This document shows, piece by piece, positions 47,235-56,638 of a DNA stretch of 64,000 nucleotides (position 1 is the first letter of the stretch; each line of letters begins with the position of its first letter). The position numbers and the translations under genes were made by a program. Source of the stretch: a virus; IMG/VR virus record IMGVR_UViG_3300023296_000800, one strand, 5' to 3'. Under the pieces are notes generated by a model, which worked only from the letters and a program-made list of their open reading frames with translations, searched no databases and was not told the DNA's origin.

Positions 47235-47506
47235 TGCAACACACTCACGAGTGTAACGGGCAAGGATTACCAAACTATCCAAGAAACGTTAAAATGAAAG
47301 ATATTAATGTCTGGGTACATGATAGTAATATGGTAATGACTCACGACTATAGTTGTACGGTTTGTCGTGAGGATCATGCAGTATTGGACGGTAGTACTGG
47401 TATAATGCAACCCTGTTGGCCATGTAGGGAAAAGGGTTACAAGGTAGTCAAATACGATAAGCGTAGTTGGCGTGAACGATTTAAATCATTTTTAAAAGGA
47501 TTCTGA
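47234..47506 (+). CDS. Small Cys-motif (CxxC...CxxC) protein
   Basis: CTVC...CWPC; start moved to 47234 (GGAG RBS, TAATG overlap). Confidence 0.65.
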   Translation: MQHTHECNGQGLPNYPRNVKMKDINVWVHDSNMVMTHDYSCTVCREDHAVLDGSTGIMQPCWPCREKGYKVVKYDKRSWRERFKSFLKGF

Positions 47507-47507
47507 T

Positions 47508-47903
47508 ATGTTAGATTTACAACAGTTAGTTAATAACTTAAACGAGGTATCTAGGCAACAAAGATCAAGAACACAATTAACTTTGGGTGGGATGATCGAA
47601 ACTCTTCAGGGTATGCATGGAGATACTATCGTGCAGGGCATCGATGTTGATGCAGGTAGTTATCGAGGTTATTACAGTGACCTAGCGTTTGAACCTAGTA
47701 ACACTGGTACGACTGTGAAGGCCTTATTGGAAGTCTGTATTGCATCTAACGGAAAGACATTCGATGGATATAAGGGTGGAGATTTCTTGATGGCCGACGA
47801 CACACCTGTATGGTTATCTAAATATGGAACCACTGGAGATAAGCTAATGTCTATCAGTACGGATGGTGTTGTTGAGACCGAAGATGATACGGTACCGTTC
47901 TGA
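47508..47903 (+). CDS. Hypothetical phage protein
   Basis: QLTLGGMIE.L, SYRGYYSDLAF, FDGYKGGDFLM...TPVW. Confidence 0.75.
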   Translation: MLDLQQLVNNLNEVSRQQRSRTQLTLGGMIETLQGMHGDTIVQGIDVDAGSYRGYYSDLAFEPSNTGTTVKALLEVCIASNGKTFDGYKGGDFLMADDTPVWLSKYGTTGDKLMSISTDGVVETEDDTVPF

Positions 47904-48268
47904 TGCCGATAGCAACATCAGAACTGTCTGATGAGAGATACAATGGCAATGCCAATTTGGTGATAGAATATCTCCGTGAAAATCTTCCGAGAGGCAAACG
48001 TAATCTATATGTCATCTTACAGGCAATTCATATTGCAGACGTAATGCATATGGATTTGTATGGTCGTTTCATAATAGAAAATATCTCTCCTTCCGAGGAA
48101 AAATATCGATCGGAAGGAGAGACCTTAGACGCATTTAGTGGATCGGAAATAGAATGTTTGGATAAAGTAATCGGTATGGCTTACCAAGGTGATATTGCCG
48201 AATATATTATATCCAAACTGTCTGATGCAGAAATGTTACTAGACTTACATAGGAATAGATGGAAATGA
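47903..48268 (+). CDS. Hypothetical protein, possibly a truncated GepA/SocA-like domain
   Basis: LYVILQAIHIAD..HMDLYGRFI; FSGSEIECLDKVI. Confidence 0.55.
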   Translation: MPIATSELSDERYNGNANLVIEYLRENLPRGKRNLYVILQAIHIADVMHMDLYGRFIIENISPSEEKYRSEGETLDAFSGSEIECLDKVIGMAYQGDIAEYIISKLSDAEMLLDLHRNRWK

Positions 48269-48447
48269 CACATTTTATATCATGTTATGATCAGGAGTCT
48301 CTACAGTTGCTACCTGTAGAGACTCCGCACAGTGTATATGTGTATGTGAAACAATTAGAACACTGTATCAAGCATCCTGAGACTTCCAAGTTAAAAGATA
48401 CATATCCATTTAGATTTGGAAAAGAGATCGAAGACGCCGAAGAATAA
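48259..48447 (+). CDS. Hypothetical protein
   Basis: 62-aa ORF in a coupled operon. Confidence 0.6.
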   Translation: MEMTHFISCYDQESLQLLPVETPHSVYVYVKQLEHCIKHPETSKLKDTYPFRFGKEIEDAEE

Positions 48448-48461
48448 TAGGAGAATTTTGG

Positions 48462-48731
48462 ATGGGTTGGTTTAGAAAAAGATACGGTAAACGATTAGAC
48501 AAGTGTTTGTGGAGTCCTAATATGACTGGACTTGACGGCCAAAAAAACACACCCCAAGCAATGAGAGCGAGAGTGCGTTTGCTCCCTTACAAAACCCTAG
48601 TCTCGTGGCACACGAATTGGAACTATTACAATGATCATTCAAAAAATTACTGGACTCCTATCGCTACCCAATCGAGACTAATTAAAAACGAATTGAAGAA
48701 AAGAGGTTACTATGAAGATGCCCATGTATGA
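48462..48731 (+). CDS. Hypothetical protein
   Basis: AGGAG RBS; 89 aa. Confidence 0.65.
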   Translation: MGWFRKRYGKRLDKCLWSPNMTGLDGQKNTPQAMRARVRLLPYKTLVSWHTNWNYYNDHSKNYWTPIATQSRLIKNELKKRGYYEDAHV

Positions 48732-49020
48732 AGATTTAGGTAAAGTGTTGGGAATAATATCAGAAACTGGGTTGATGGTTATCAGTACTAAAAAGAGTGA
48801 TTGTGTTGGTACGAAACTAGGTTGGGGCGTTATCTATCCAGCTGGTCATGGCTATGGCGAAAGTTATGGTTGGGTTAATCCTTCCAAAGCAGAACTGCAC
48901 AAACATGCAACCTTCACTAGTCCGCTCGCTATTACCAGCCCTAACAGTCAGTACTTTGATGAGCTAAAAACTGGTGTCGTTGTTAAAGTGACTCGAAAAA
49001 TTATCGTGGAAATAGAGTGA
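48712..49020 (+). CDS. Hypothetical protein
   Basis: GAGG RBS; 102 aa. Confidence 0.65.
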   Translation: MKMPMYEDLGKVLGIISETGLMVISTKKSDCVGTKLGWGVIYPAGHGYGESYGWVNPSKAELHKHATFTSPLAITSPNSQYFDELKTGVVVKVTRKIIVEIE

Positions 49021-49034
49021 CATAAATAAAAACC

Positions 49035-49063
49035 TTGACCTTTGGGCAATTATAACATATAAT
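49035..49063 (+). promoter_or_regulatory. Sigma70-like promoter
   Basis: TTGACC-17-TATAAT. Confidence 0.7.
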
Positions 49064-49094
49064 GCCTGTATAAATTCAAAAAGAGTATCTGATA

Positions 49095-50159
49095 ATGAAA
49101 ACAGCCAAAGAACTAGAGTTACAGAAAGCACTACAAGCCGCACAAGACGCACTAACTATTTATCAATCTATGACGCTGGGGTGGGTGCCCGTAACGGGAG
49201 ACCTCTACTACTTTATAGGAGGAAGCGGTAGAGTAGATGTGTGTTATCGACCTGACGTGACTGCGCGGATGCGTATGGCGATAGGCAACTGCTATCAAAC
49301 ACGCGCACTAGCACTTAAAGCCGTGGCGTATTCAAGAGTACAAGGGCTAATCAACCAAGCGTGTTTGAATATCGAGGGTGATTATGTGCCTGATTGGAGT
49401 AATGATAACGGAAAAAAACACAGGGTTTCCTATAGTGTGGGTGAGGGTAAGTGGGTAGCTGAATATGCGTACTGGATCACAAGCGAGATACACCAATCCA
49501 CAGCAGCCAAGTGCCAACAAGTCTGCGACATATTGAATGACATTAAGTTAAAACCAGTAGGGGTTGAAGTAATGAATAAAGAACAAGAGCTACAAAAAGC
49601 ACTACAAGCCGCACAGGACGCACTAACTGCTTATCGATCTAAGCCTGCGGTGTGGGTTCCTAAATCTGGAGGGGAGGAGTGGCATTACATGGTGAGTGAC
49701 CGTGGGAGGATAGCAGATGTGTGTTATCGACCTGACGAGACTGCGCGGATGCGTATGGCGATAGGCAACTGCTATCAAACAAAGGAACTAGCACTCAAAG
49801 CCTCAGAGTATTCAAGAGTACAAGGGCTGATAAACCAGGCGTGTATTAATGTTGAGTCTGATTATGTGCCTGATTGGAATGACAAGTGGGAGACAAAACA
49901 CATTGCAACATTTCACCCCAGTTTGGGCAAAAGGGGAGAATGGATGCCTTTGCCTAGCCTACGTTTTGATTTTAACTCTATACCGCAATCATCTACCCAG
50001 CTTTGCCAACAAGTCTGCGACATCTTGAATGACATTAATTTAAAACCAGTTGGGGTGAAGGCAACCACCGAGAAGCTAGAAGTAGATTGTACTGACTATT
50101 ATAGCGAGGGAGAATGTAATGACATGCTCTTGCACCAGACCAGAGAAAACAATAAGTAA
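49095..50159 (+). CDS. Hypothetical protein made of two ~160-aa tandem repeats
   Basis: ELQKALQAAQDALT...GNCYQT..LA.KA..YSRVQGLINQAC...CQQVCDILNDI occurs twice. Confidence 0.85.
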   Translation: MKTAKELELQKALQAAQDALTIYQSMTLGWVPVTGDLYYFIGGSGRVDVCYRPDVTARMRMAIGNCYQTRALALKAVAYSRVQGLINQACLNIEGDYVPDWSNDNGKKHRVSYSVGEGKWVAEYAYWITSEIHQSTAAKCQQVCDILNDIKLKPVGVEVMNKEQELQKALQAAQDALTAYRSKPAVWVPKSGGEEWHYMVSDRGRIADVCYRPDETARMRMAIGNCYQTKELALKASEYSRVQGLINQACINVESDYVPDWNDKWETKHIATFHPSLGKRGEWMPLPSLRFDFNSIPQSSTQLCQQVCDILNDINLKPVGVKATTEKLEVDCTDYYSEGECNDMLLHQTRENNK

Positions 50160-50210
50160 ACTAACAGCAGAGCAAGTTACATTACTACAAGAGATAATAG
50201 AGGTGAAACA

Positions 50211-50741
50211 ATGACTAAAGAACAAGAGTTACAGAAAGCACTACAAATCGCACAAGATGCACTAACTGCTTATCAATCTGGGCCTCAGCCGCCTGAGGTG
50301 TGGATACCTGATTCAAGGGAAAAATACTACTCAGTTGCGCAGTCTGGGTATCATGTGAATTTTGCTAACGAGAATAAGAGAACCGACCGGGCGTTAGCTA
50401 TTAGAGGCAACTGCTATCAAACAGAAGAATTATCACGGAAAGCGGCAGAGTATATGAGAGTTCATGGGTTAATACTTCAAGCTTCTCTTAATGTCGAGGG
50501 TGATTTTGAACATCAACTGAGGGATACTACTGAGTGGAAGTGGTCGCCGGGATATAATAGCGAGGATTGTCGATGGATGCCGATATTTTCACAGATGGTA
50601 TACCATGGTGAACCGGTACAATCTACAAAATTTAAATGCCAACAAGTCTGTGACATTTTAGACCACATTAAGCTAAGACCAGCAGAATTTTATAATGGTC
50701 GGCCCACTGAACCGTTCACTGGAACAATGAGCGTTCGATGA
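50211..50741 (+). CDS. Single-domain paralog of 49095..50159
   Basis: Third copy of the same domain; GAGG RBS. Confidence 0.85.
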   Translation: MTKEQELQKALQIAQDALTAYQSGPQPPEVWIPDSREKYYSVAQSGYHVNFANENKRTDRALAIRGNCYQTEELSRKAAEYMRVHGLILQASLNVEGDFEHQLRDTTEWKWSPGYNSEDCRWMPIFSQMVYHGEPVQSTKFKCQQVCDILDHIKLRPAEFYNGRPTEPFTGTMSVR

Positions 50742-50968
50742 TAGATTTAAAGTGCAAAGAATGTAAGGTGGGTACGATGCAACGAGTAGATGATACTTGG
50801 TTTGTTAAACACAAAAGCAAGAGACTAAGAGTAACAACTCCTTATGACCTATGTGATACCTGCGGTTTTGACATAGTTTCATACGAGTATATGAAAGAAG
50901 CAGATATTAGTATCAAGAAGGCAAAACTGGCGGCAGATGCCGAAGAAGATTTAAGTGATACCGAATAA
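50738..50968 (+). CDS. Zinc-ribbon protein (YgiT/MqsA N-terminal-like)
   Basis: CKECKVGTM...CDTCG. Confidence 0.6.
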   Translation: MIDLKCKECKVGTMQRVDDTWFVKHKSKRLRVTTPYDLCDTCGFDIVSYEYMKEADISIKKAKLAADAEEDLSDTE

Positions 50969-51161
50969 CCTATATAGATGTGGTTGGTGTGGACTGCCTA
51001 CAGATAAAGAAGGTCGAGTGACTTCCATGTTTGAAGTTGGGCGCATATCGGATATTGATGAGGTTTGGAAAGACGCAGAGCATGTACATGGTGAGTGTTG
51101 CAGAAATGATATGCAAGACGCAGAAGATTATTATAACAGAAGGTTAAGAGAAGAGGAATAA
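50955..51161 (+). CDS. Small Cys-containing hypothetical protein
   Basis: CGWCG...HGECC. Confidence 0.6.
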   Translation: MIPNNLYRCGWCGLPTDKEGRVTSMFEVGRISDIDEVWKDAEHVHGECCRNDMQDAEDYYNRRLREEE

Positions 51162-51165
51162 TGAT

Positions 51166-51528
51166 ATGAGACCAACTTTAAGTATAGCCATAGTCGGAGG
51201 CAGAGACTTTGATGACTACCCACTACTAGAATCTACGATGGATTTTTACTTAGGTGGTGAAGAACTTGACGTATGTATTGTGTCGGGCGGTGCCAAAGGT
51301 GCAGATACTCTTGGGAAACGATATGCAGATGAAAAAGGCCTGACAACTATAATCTTTGTTGCTGACTGGAATACTCATGGTAAGAGTGCAGGTTATAAAC
51401 GTAACGTAAGTATCGTTAAGAACTCTGATGCTGTAATAGCCTTCTGGGACGGTAAGTCCAAAGGAACCAAACATACCATAGACCTTGCCAATAAAGCTGA
51501 CAAGCCGGTATTGACAATTAACTACTAA
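51166..51528 (+). CDS. SLOG-family (DUF2493/YspA-like) protein
   Basis: AIVGGRDFDDY, IVSGGAKGADTL, AGYKRN, IAFWDGKSKGTKH. Confidence 0.85.
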   Translation: MRPTLSIAIVGGRDFDDYPLLESTMDFYLGGEELDVCIVSGGAKGADTLGKRYADEKGLTTIIFVADWNTHGKSAGYKRNVSIVKNSDAVIAFWDGKSKGTKHTIDLANKADKPVLTINY

Positions 51529-51548
51529 AAGAGGAAGAGGAAAAGTAA

Positions 51549-51794
51549 ATGACTGAGATTAGCGATTTAACAGCAAAGGGTGAACCTTTTGAGCATCCCA
51601 ATATAAAATTCTGTCCAAAGGACGGCGATGCTTTGATGATAGACAAGATAGGATTTCATTATCGAGGGAAAACAATAACTGATGCTGGTAAAGCATACAC
51701 CATCTTTATGGAAGTTCTGAATGGTATGAAGGATGAGATTGATAACCGTGATTGGTTACCAGAAAAAGAGGAGAAAGTTAAAGATGGATTCTAA
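51549..51794 (+). CDS. Hypothetical protein
   Basis: GAGG RBS; 81 aa. Confidence 0.65.
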   Translation: MTEISDLTAKGEPFEHPNIKFCPKDGDALMIDKIGFHYRGKTITDAGKAYTIFMEVLNGMKDEIDNRDWLPEKEEKVKDGF

Positions 51795-51978
51795 TAAAAT
51801 TGCAATGTTGCTTTCGGTTCTATTTGTTCTAATTTTAATGGCGACAGTTATGGGCGCCAAATCCGGAATAGCGCAAGAGAACAGGCGGTGGGAAATTAAA
51901 ACAGCACAAACAGAGTGTGCAAGGTATCATCCTGATACTGGGGAATTTGAGTGGATAAAGGAGACTTTAAATGAGTAA
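51784..51978 (+). CDS. Small protein with N-terminal TM helix
   Basis: MDSNKIAMLLSVLFVLILMATVMG; start moved to 51784. Confidence 0.6.
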   Translation: MDSNKIAMLLSVLFVLILMATVMGAKSGIAQENRRWEIKTAQTECARYHPDTGEFEWIKETLNE

Positions 51979-52309
51979 GATTGATTACAGAGAACTCGCA
52001 CACGTATTGACAACTCCTCGACAAACAGGAGTGACCACTGCGATGTGTCGCCAAGCAATTTCGTTAGATGCAACTCTTATCGTACACAACTACTCAGAAG
52101 TAGTACGATTGAATGTGGCACACGGAGTAAAGACGGTCACATTAAATCACTTAGAAAGACTCATGGGGCTAGGGAAACCAGTCCTAATAGATCATAACGC
52201 CTTAGCGATTGTTATACATCGAATGCAAGACGAAATAGATGAGTTGAAAGAAAAGTCAGAACTCGCAGATAAACTCAAGTTTAGATTAAAAGAAGTATTA
52301 GGAGAATAA
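51971..52309 (+). CDS. Hypothetical protein resembling a degenerate terminase/helicase ATPase fragment
   Basis: TPRQTGVTT resembles the PRQxGKT Walker A with Lys replaced; VLIDH. Confidence 0.55.
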   Translation: MSKIDYRELAHVLTTPRQTGVTTAMCRQAISLDATLIVHNYSEVVRLNVAHGVKTVTLNHLERLMGLGKPVLIDHNALAIVIHRMQDEIDELKEKSELADKLKFRLKEVLGE

Positions 52310-52479
52310 TGAAGAAGAATCCCAAGATAGCCTTAAAGGGTGGTGCTGAGTTGGATGCACTTACCAAGTCGAGGAGATGGTACTCATATTTAACCAAATC
52401 AACTGTAGCCAAGAAGCTCAAACGACAGTACAATAAACGATTCAGGCGAATCGCCAAGAAAGAGATAAGAGACGAATAA
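52309..52479 (+). CDS. 56-aa basic protein (absent from the ORF track)
   Basis: AGGAG RBS, TAATG overlap; MKKNPKIALKGGAELDALTKSRRWY... Confidence 0.65.
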   Translation: MKKNPKIALKGGAELDALTKSRRWYSYLTKSTVAKKLKRQYNKRFRRIAKKEIRDE

Positions 52480-52492
52480 TGATCTTAGGTGC

Positions 52493-52521
52493 TTGACTTT
52501 TAAACGAGTAGCATGTATAAT
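52493..52521 (+). promoter_or_regulatory. Sigma70-like promoter, probably leaderless
   Basis: TTGACT-17-TATAAT with extended -10 TG; in-frame ATG 52528 lies 7 nt downstream. Confidence 0.7.
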
Positions 52522-52527
52522 AGACGA

Positions 52528-52947
52528 ATGAGTTTCTTACTACAGTTTAATTCCTTGCGTATACGTAAGTATAAGCCAGCAATGACCAAAAAGAACATTG
52601 CTAAGTGGAAACTTGGTATGGTGGTAAAGAATAAACAACTCAAAAAATTAGGTCAGTCTAAGATGAACTTTGAGCAGTATGTTGACTATGCACATGGCAT
52701 CGCACCAAAAAGAGACTTAAAACGAGACAGAAGTGTTTATCAACCACCACAAGAAACACATCGCACAACGATAGACTATCCAAGTGTACCAATGTCTACT
52801 AAAGGTAACACGACCAAAAAAGACTCGTTATATTATACGGGTGAGCGTAAACTGTTAGGTATTGCAACAATGCACAAGAGTAATGCCGTGCCTATTTTTG
52901 AAGATGATAAACAACATGCAATTGATATTGCCAGGATGAGACGATGA
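52528..52947 (+). CDS. Hypothetical protein of T4-like phages
   Basis: C-terminal YTGE..LLGIATMHKSNAVPIF...A.DIARMRR; the track start lies upstream of the -10 box. Confidence 0.75.
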   Translation: MSFLLQFNSLRIRKYKPAMTKKNIAKWKLGMVVKNKQLKKLGQSKMNFEQYVDYAHGIAPKRDLKRDRSVYQPPQETHRTTIDYPSVPMSTKGNTTKKDSLYYTGERKLLGIATMHKSNAVPIFEDDKQHAIDIARMRR

Positions 52948-53243
52948 ACAGGAAAGCAAGCCATGTTGATAGCCGAAATTATGATGCTGAAGCAAAAAAC
53001 TTATTGAAAGAAGTTAAAGGCAGCCAAATCTATGCTTTGTATGATTTGGCTATTACACAATTAAAGAAATCGTGCAGTGACGAAAGACGCAGGGAATTAG
53101 AGGCTGTTAAAAAAGCCGTTGAAAAAATACCACACATTGATAGGCCACGACTAGCAAAGATTATTCGAGGGTATCGAAGTTCTATGGCCCAAGATGCCAG
53201 AGCCGTTGATGGTAATACCAAGAAAGAACGAAAAAAAGGATAA
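52944..53243 (+). CDS. Hypothetical protein
   Basis: ATGA overlap; 99 aa. Confidence 0.65.
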   Translation: MNRKASHVDSRNYDAEAKNLLKEVKGSQIYALYDLAITQLKKSCSDERRRELEAVKKAVEKIPHIDRPRLAKIIRGYRSSMAQDARAVDGNTKKERKKG

Positions 53244-53346
53244 AAGAACATTTATCATGAATCTCAGATTTTATGATAATGTATTATGTGGCAGGGTTAT
53301 TTGGGTTTCTAACAGATGCGATAGGTTTCGTGTTTGCCCAAAATAC

Positions 53347-53375
53347 TTGCATTCAATACTGAATTGCCATATAAT
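53347..53375 (+). promoter_or_regulatory. Sigma70-like promoter
   Basis: TTGCAT-17-TATAAT. Confidence 0.65.
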
Positions 53376-53433
53376 AGCGTCACGGTAAAGGGGTTCCTTT
53401 ACTGACACACAACAAAACTAAGAGGAAACATGC

Positions 53434-53712
53434 ATGAAAACTTCAACAACTTTTGTACCAAAAGGCAAGAAACTTGTAACAGCTTTACAAAAAGGTGAAA
53501 ATCTTACTGCAAAGCAAATTGCCGCACGATTTGGAATCGGTAACCCAACAGCTTGTATTAGCGACCTACGTCTAAGAGTAGGATACGCAATTTATGGCAA
53601 TCCTACTAAAAACTCTAAAGGAGTTTCAGTAACAAAGTATCGTTTGGGTACACCAACACGTAAGGTCGTAGCCGCAGGTTACAGAGCGTTAGTAGACGCT
53701 AAATCAGCCTAA
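53434..53712 (+). CDS. Winged helix-turn-helix DNA-binding protein
   Basis: LQKGENLTAKQIAARFGIGNPTACISDLR..GYAIY..TKYRLG; own promoter, RBS and terminator. Confidence 0.75.
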   Translation: MKTSTTFVPKGKKLVTALQKGENLTAKQIAARFGIGNPTACISDLRLRVGYAIYGNPTKNSKGVSVTKYRLGTPTRKVVAAGYRALVDAKSA

Positions 53713-53730
53713 TTAACTAGTTGATTCGGT

Positions 53731-53770
53731 TTGGGGTGAGCCTTGCAGGAAGCAAAATCTCCCCAATTTT
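53731..53770 (+). terminator. Putative intrinsic terminator
   Basis: TTGGGG/CCCCAA outer stem, TTGC/GCAA inner stem, followed by TTTT. Confidence 0.5.
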
Positions 53771-53790
53771 ACTTCTCGTGGTAATTTCAC

Positions 53791-54219
53791 ATGAATAATT
53801 TATTTCATTCTATAATGATAAAGTTAGATAGATACAGGCTAATTCCTGATCGATTCTCTGGTGCAGATTATATGCATCGTTATTATCTTTTCTTAAAAGA
53901 CCGCAATACATTTCCTTTTAACCTCACACTTCACAAGATTGTTAAAAGTGACGAACCTTTTTTACATGATCACCCATGGTCGTATATAACAATTATATTG
54001 CGAGGTGGTTATTGGGAAAATACTATCGATGGGAGAACTTGGAAAGGTCCTGGTAGTATTATCAAACGTAAAGCAAAAGACTATCATTGGCTTGAATTAG
54101 ACAACGATAATCCTGCCACCACACTGTTTTTTATGGGTCGCCAACAAAGAAATTGGGGATTTCTAAATAATAAAAATGAATGGATTGAGCACGAGGAGTT
54201 TTTGGATGAACGGATTTAG
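53791..54219 (+). CDS. Cupin-fold protein
   Basis: LHKIVKSDE..LHDHPWSY.TIILRGGYWE ... YHWLEL ... TLFFMG. Confidence 0.7.
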   Translation: MNNLFHSIMIKLDRYRLIPDRFSGADYMHRYYLFLKDRNTFPFNLTLHKIVKSDEPFLHDHPWSYITIILRGGYWENTIDGRTWKGPGSIIKRKAKDYHWLELDNDNPATTLFFMGRQQRNWGFLNNKNEWIEHEEFLDERI

Positions 54220-54640
54220 AGAGTTAGAAGAGAAACTGACCAACGAAGGTTGGTATGTGGGCTGGGGAGAACCCTGTTGTTCGAGTTGTGCATGGTCATG
54301 CCTTCCCGATGAACACGAGACTGGTCCGTTCAAGGGACAAGAAATAGACCTTTGCAAAGTGTTGTTCAATCACGAACAAGATTGTGAGAACGAGGAGAAC
54401 GTCGAAGTGTATGGGCGCGATTATGATTTAGAGGATGAAGAGGATGAGGAAGAGTACGAGGGCCCTATGCTAACATACACTCCCGAAGAACAAGACTCTA
54501 GTTCATTTTGTTTTGCAGGTGATAAGCAAGGTGTTAAGAACTTAAAAGCAATCATACCTATTATCACGAAATGTGGATGTAAAATTAATTGGAGTGGGGA
54601 AGGCACTGAGCGTCCTACCATCTCCTGGGAGTTATTATAA
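54206..54640 (+). CDS. Hypothetical protein
   Basis: GAGGAG RBS before ATG 54206; CCSSCAW. Confidence 0.7.
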   Translation: MNGFRELEEKLTNEGWYVGWGEPCCSSCAWSCLPDEHETGPFKGQEIDLCKVLFNHEQDCENEENVEVYGRDYDLEDEEDEEEYEGPMLTYTPEEQDSSSFCFAGDKQGVKNLKAIIPIITKCGCKINWSGEGTERPTISWELL

Positions 54641-55006
54641 ATGGAAGATACTATTATATTATCAATATGCACGTTTTGGTTAGGTTGGTTTCTCAGTAAA
54701 AAATATCGGGACTTCAAAGCTAACCTTCTGTTAACGCGCCTACTGGAAAAGATTGACGAAGAGGACAAACCCGAAGACAAAATTCATACGAGTTTTTCTA
54801 TGTGCTATATCGAAGAAGACCTGAGTAAAATGCTTCGGTTGTACAATGAAGATACCCATAAATATATGTGCCAAGGTAAATCATATGAGGAACTGGCAGA
54901 AAAAGTGTACACAGATTTAAAAATGGAGGTGTGTTTAGCGAAGGCTGGTGACACGGTAATGTGGTTTATTAGAGGTGAACCGCGAGAAGCAGAAAGAATC
55001 AGCTAA
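54641..55006 (+). CDS. Hypothetical protein with N-terminal TM helix
   Basis: GGGAG RBS; 121 aa. Confidence 0.65.
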   Translation: MEDTIILSICTFWLGWFLSKKYRDFKANLLLTRLLEKIDEEDKPEDKIHTSFSMCYIEEDLSKMLRLYNEDTHKYMCQGKSYEELAEKVYTDLKMEVCLAKAGDTVMWFIRGEPREAERIS

Positions 55007-55046
55007 TAGCTTACTTGGCTAAATATACATATATTAGGAGATTTAA

Positions 55047-55400
55047 TTGACACACGTAGTAACTGAAGCATGTATTAAGTGTAAACATACGGATTGTGTG
55101 GTTGTATGTCCCGTAGATTGTTTTTATGAAGGTGCAAATTTTTTAACAATCAGTCCTGATGAGTGCATAGACTGTGGTGTCTGTATTCCAGAATGTCCAG
55201 AAAATGCCATCTTTGCTGATACTGAAAAGAACATAGTTGAAAAAACTGGTCAAGACATGGAGTACTGGGTTAAGTTAAATGGTGATCTTGCAGAGAAGTG
55301 GGAAGACGCAAACATCGTAGACAAGAAAAATGTCCTTGAAGATTATGCTAAGTGGCAAAATAGGCCGATCGGCGAGAAAATTTTTTTATTGGAGATATGA
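55047..55400 (+). CDS. fdxA: 7Fe (3Fe-4S/4Fe-4S) ferredoxin, FdxA type
   Basis: [28 protein letters not shown]...[13 protein letters not shown]; TTG start with AGGAG RBS; CTAAATA at 55019. Confidence 0.92.
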   Translation: MTHVVTEACIKCKHTDCVVVCPVDCFYEGANFLTISPDECIDCGVCIPECPENAIFADTEKNIVEKTGQDMEYWVKLNGDLAEKWEDANIVDKKNVLEDYAKWQNRPIGEKIFLLEI

Positions 55401-55404
55401 TACA

Positions 55405-55632
55405 ATGAGTAAAAAATACATACATGTTAATCAACATAAAATTCGTGATAACAAGAAAAATGGCACCAATGAACCAGTGATCACTATCAAAGAAGGCAGA
55501 AAAAATACTTACTGCCACGAAGTAGAGATACTTGGTCCTAGTAAAATGTTTTATGGAGGCAATGACAAGCCAATATTACCTTGTGGCGCCCGAGTGGTAA
55601 TAGAAACGGAAGCAGAAGTGGCATTTAAATGA
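55405..55632 (+). CDS. Hypothetical phage protein
   Basis: YIHVNQHKIR.N.K.GTNEPVITIK...CGARVVIET; GGAG RBS. Confidence 0.75.
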   Translation: MSKKYIHVNQHKIRDNKKNGTNEPVITIKEGRKNTYCHEVEILGPSKMFYGGNDKPILPCGARVVIETEAEVAFK

Positions 55633-56051
55633 AAGCGAAATTTATAAATTACTTTATGTCTATGGCAGAATTAACGTCTACCCTCAGTTATGCTAAAAGA
55701 CTTAAAGTGGGAGCATTGATTGTTAAAGGCAATCGCATCGTTGGTACAGGTTACAATGGTATGCCGACGGATTGGGACAACGATTGTGAGGTAGTAACGG
55801 GTGATACACTCACAACCAAACCAGAAGTTCTCCATGCTGAAACAAATGCTATCGCAAAGGTAGCACAAAGTACAGAGACTAGTGAAGGCTCTACTATGTT
55901 TTGTACTCATGCACCTTGTTTAGATTGTGCAAAACTTATCTATCAATCTGGCATAGCCATTCTCTATTACAGAGACACATACAGGGATGATACTGGATTA
56001 AAGTTTTTAGAATTGAGCGGTGTTGAGATACATCATCACGGGACAACATGA
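55629..56051 (+). CDS. dCMP deaminase
   Basis: KVGALIVK, GYNG, HAETNAI, THAPCLDCAK. Confidence 0.92.
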   Translation: MKAKFINYFMSMAELTSTLSYAKRLKVGALIVKGNRIVGTGYNGMPTDWDNDCEVVTGDTLTTKPEVLHAETNAIAKVAQSTETSEGSTMFCTHAPCLDCAKLIYQSGIAILYYRDTYRDDTGLKFLELSGVEIHHHGTT

Positions 56052-56638
56052 CATTAAAATGTATCCCTAAGGAAGAAATGATTGATTTAAAATTACATAT
56101 AAGGACTGTGCTAGATTTCCCCATCAATGGGATAGAATTTAGAGATATTACCAGCCTATTAGAAAATCCTAAGGCATTCAACCTGGCGTTACTGGATTTA
56201 GGATTGTTGGTTATCAATTTTGACACAACTAAAATTGTTGGTATAGAGAGCAGAGGATTTATTTTTGGCGCTCCACTCGCAAGAGACTTAGATTATCCAT
56301 TTATAATGGCAAGAAAGCCAGGCAAGTTGCCTAATCCTACTTACAAGCGAGATTTTGATTTAGAATATGGAAGCACAAGTTTAGAGATACAAAAAAATAC
56401 TGAACTTTTTGAAAAGGACAGGGTAACAATTGTAGATGATCTGATCGCTACTGGTGGAACAGCAATAGCATGCGCAGAGTTGATACACGAGAATTTTCTT
56501 ATACCTAAAGAAAACATCAGTATAATTGCAGTTATTGATTTACCTAGTCTAGGTGGAAGTGATGCCATTAGAAATGCAGGATACACAGTAAACACACTAA
56601 TTGAATTTAAAGGAGAACTATCAGATGAACCTAATTAA
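56048..56638 (+). CDS. apt: Adenine phosphoribosyltransferase
   Basis: DFPINGIEFRDIT, GIESRGF, ARKPGKLP, LEYG, IVDDLIATGGT. Confidence 0.93.
   Translation: MTLKCIPKEEMIDLKLHIRTVLDFPINGIEFRDITSLLENPKAFNLALLDLGLLVINFDTTKIVGIESRGFIFGAPLARDLDYPFIMARKPGKLPNPTYKRDFDLEYGSTSLEIQKNTELFEKDRVTIVDDLIATGGTAIACAELIHENFLIPKENISIIAVIDLPSLGGSDAIRNAGYTVNTLIEFKGELSDEPN

Noticed and set aside
49235-49781. Diversity-generating retroelement template/variable repeat pair
   Set aside because: No reverse transcriptase in the window; both copies are in-frame coding; mismatches include C/G and T/C changes rather than being adenine-specific.
51971-52309. Terminase large subunit
   Set aside because: Only 112 aa, Walker A Lys replaced by Val, and no nuclease domain.
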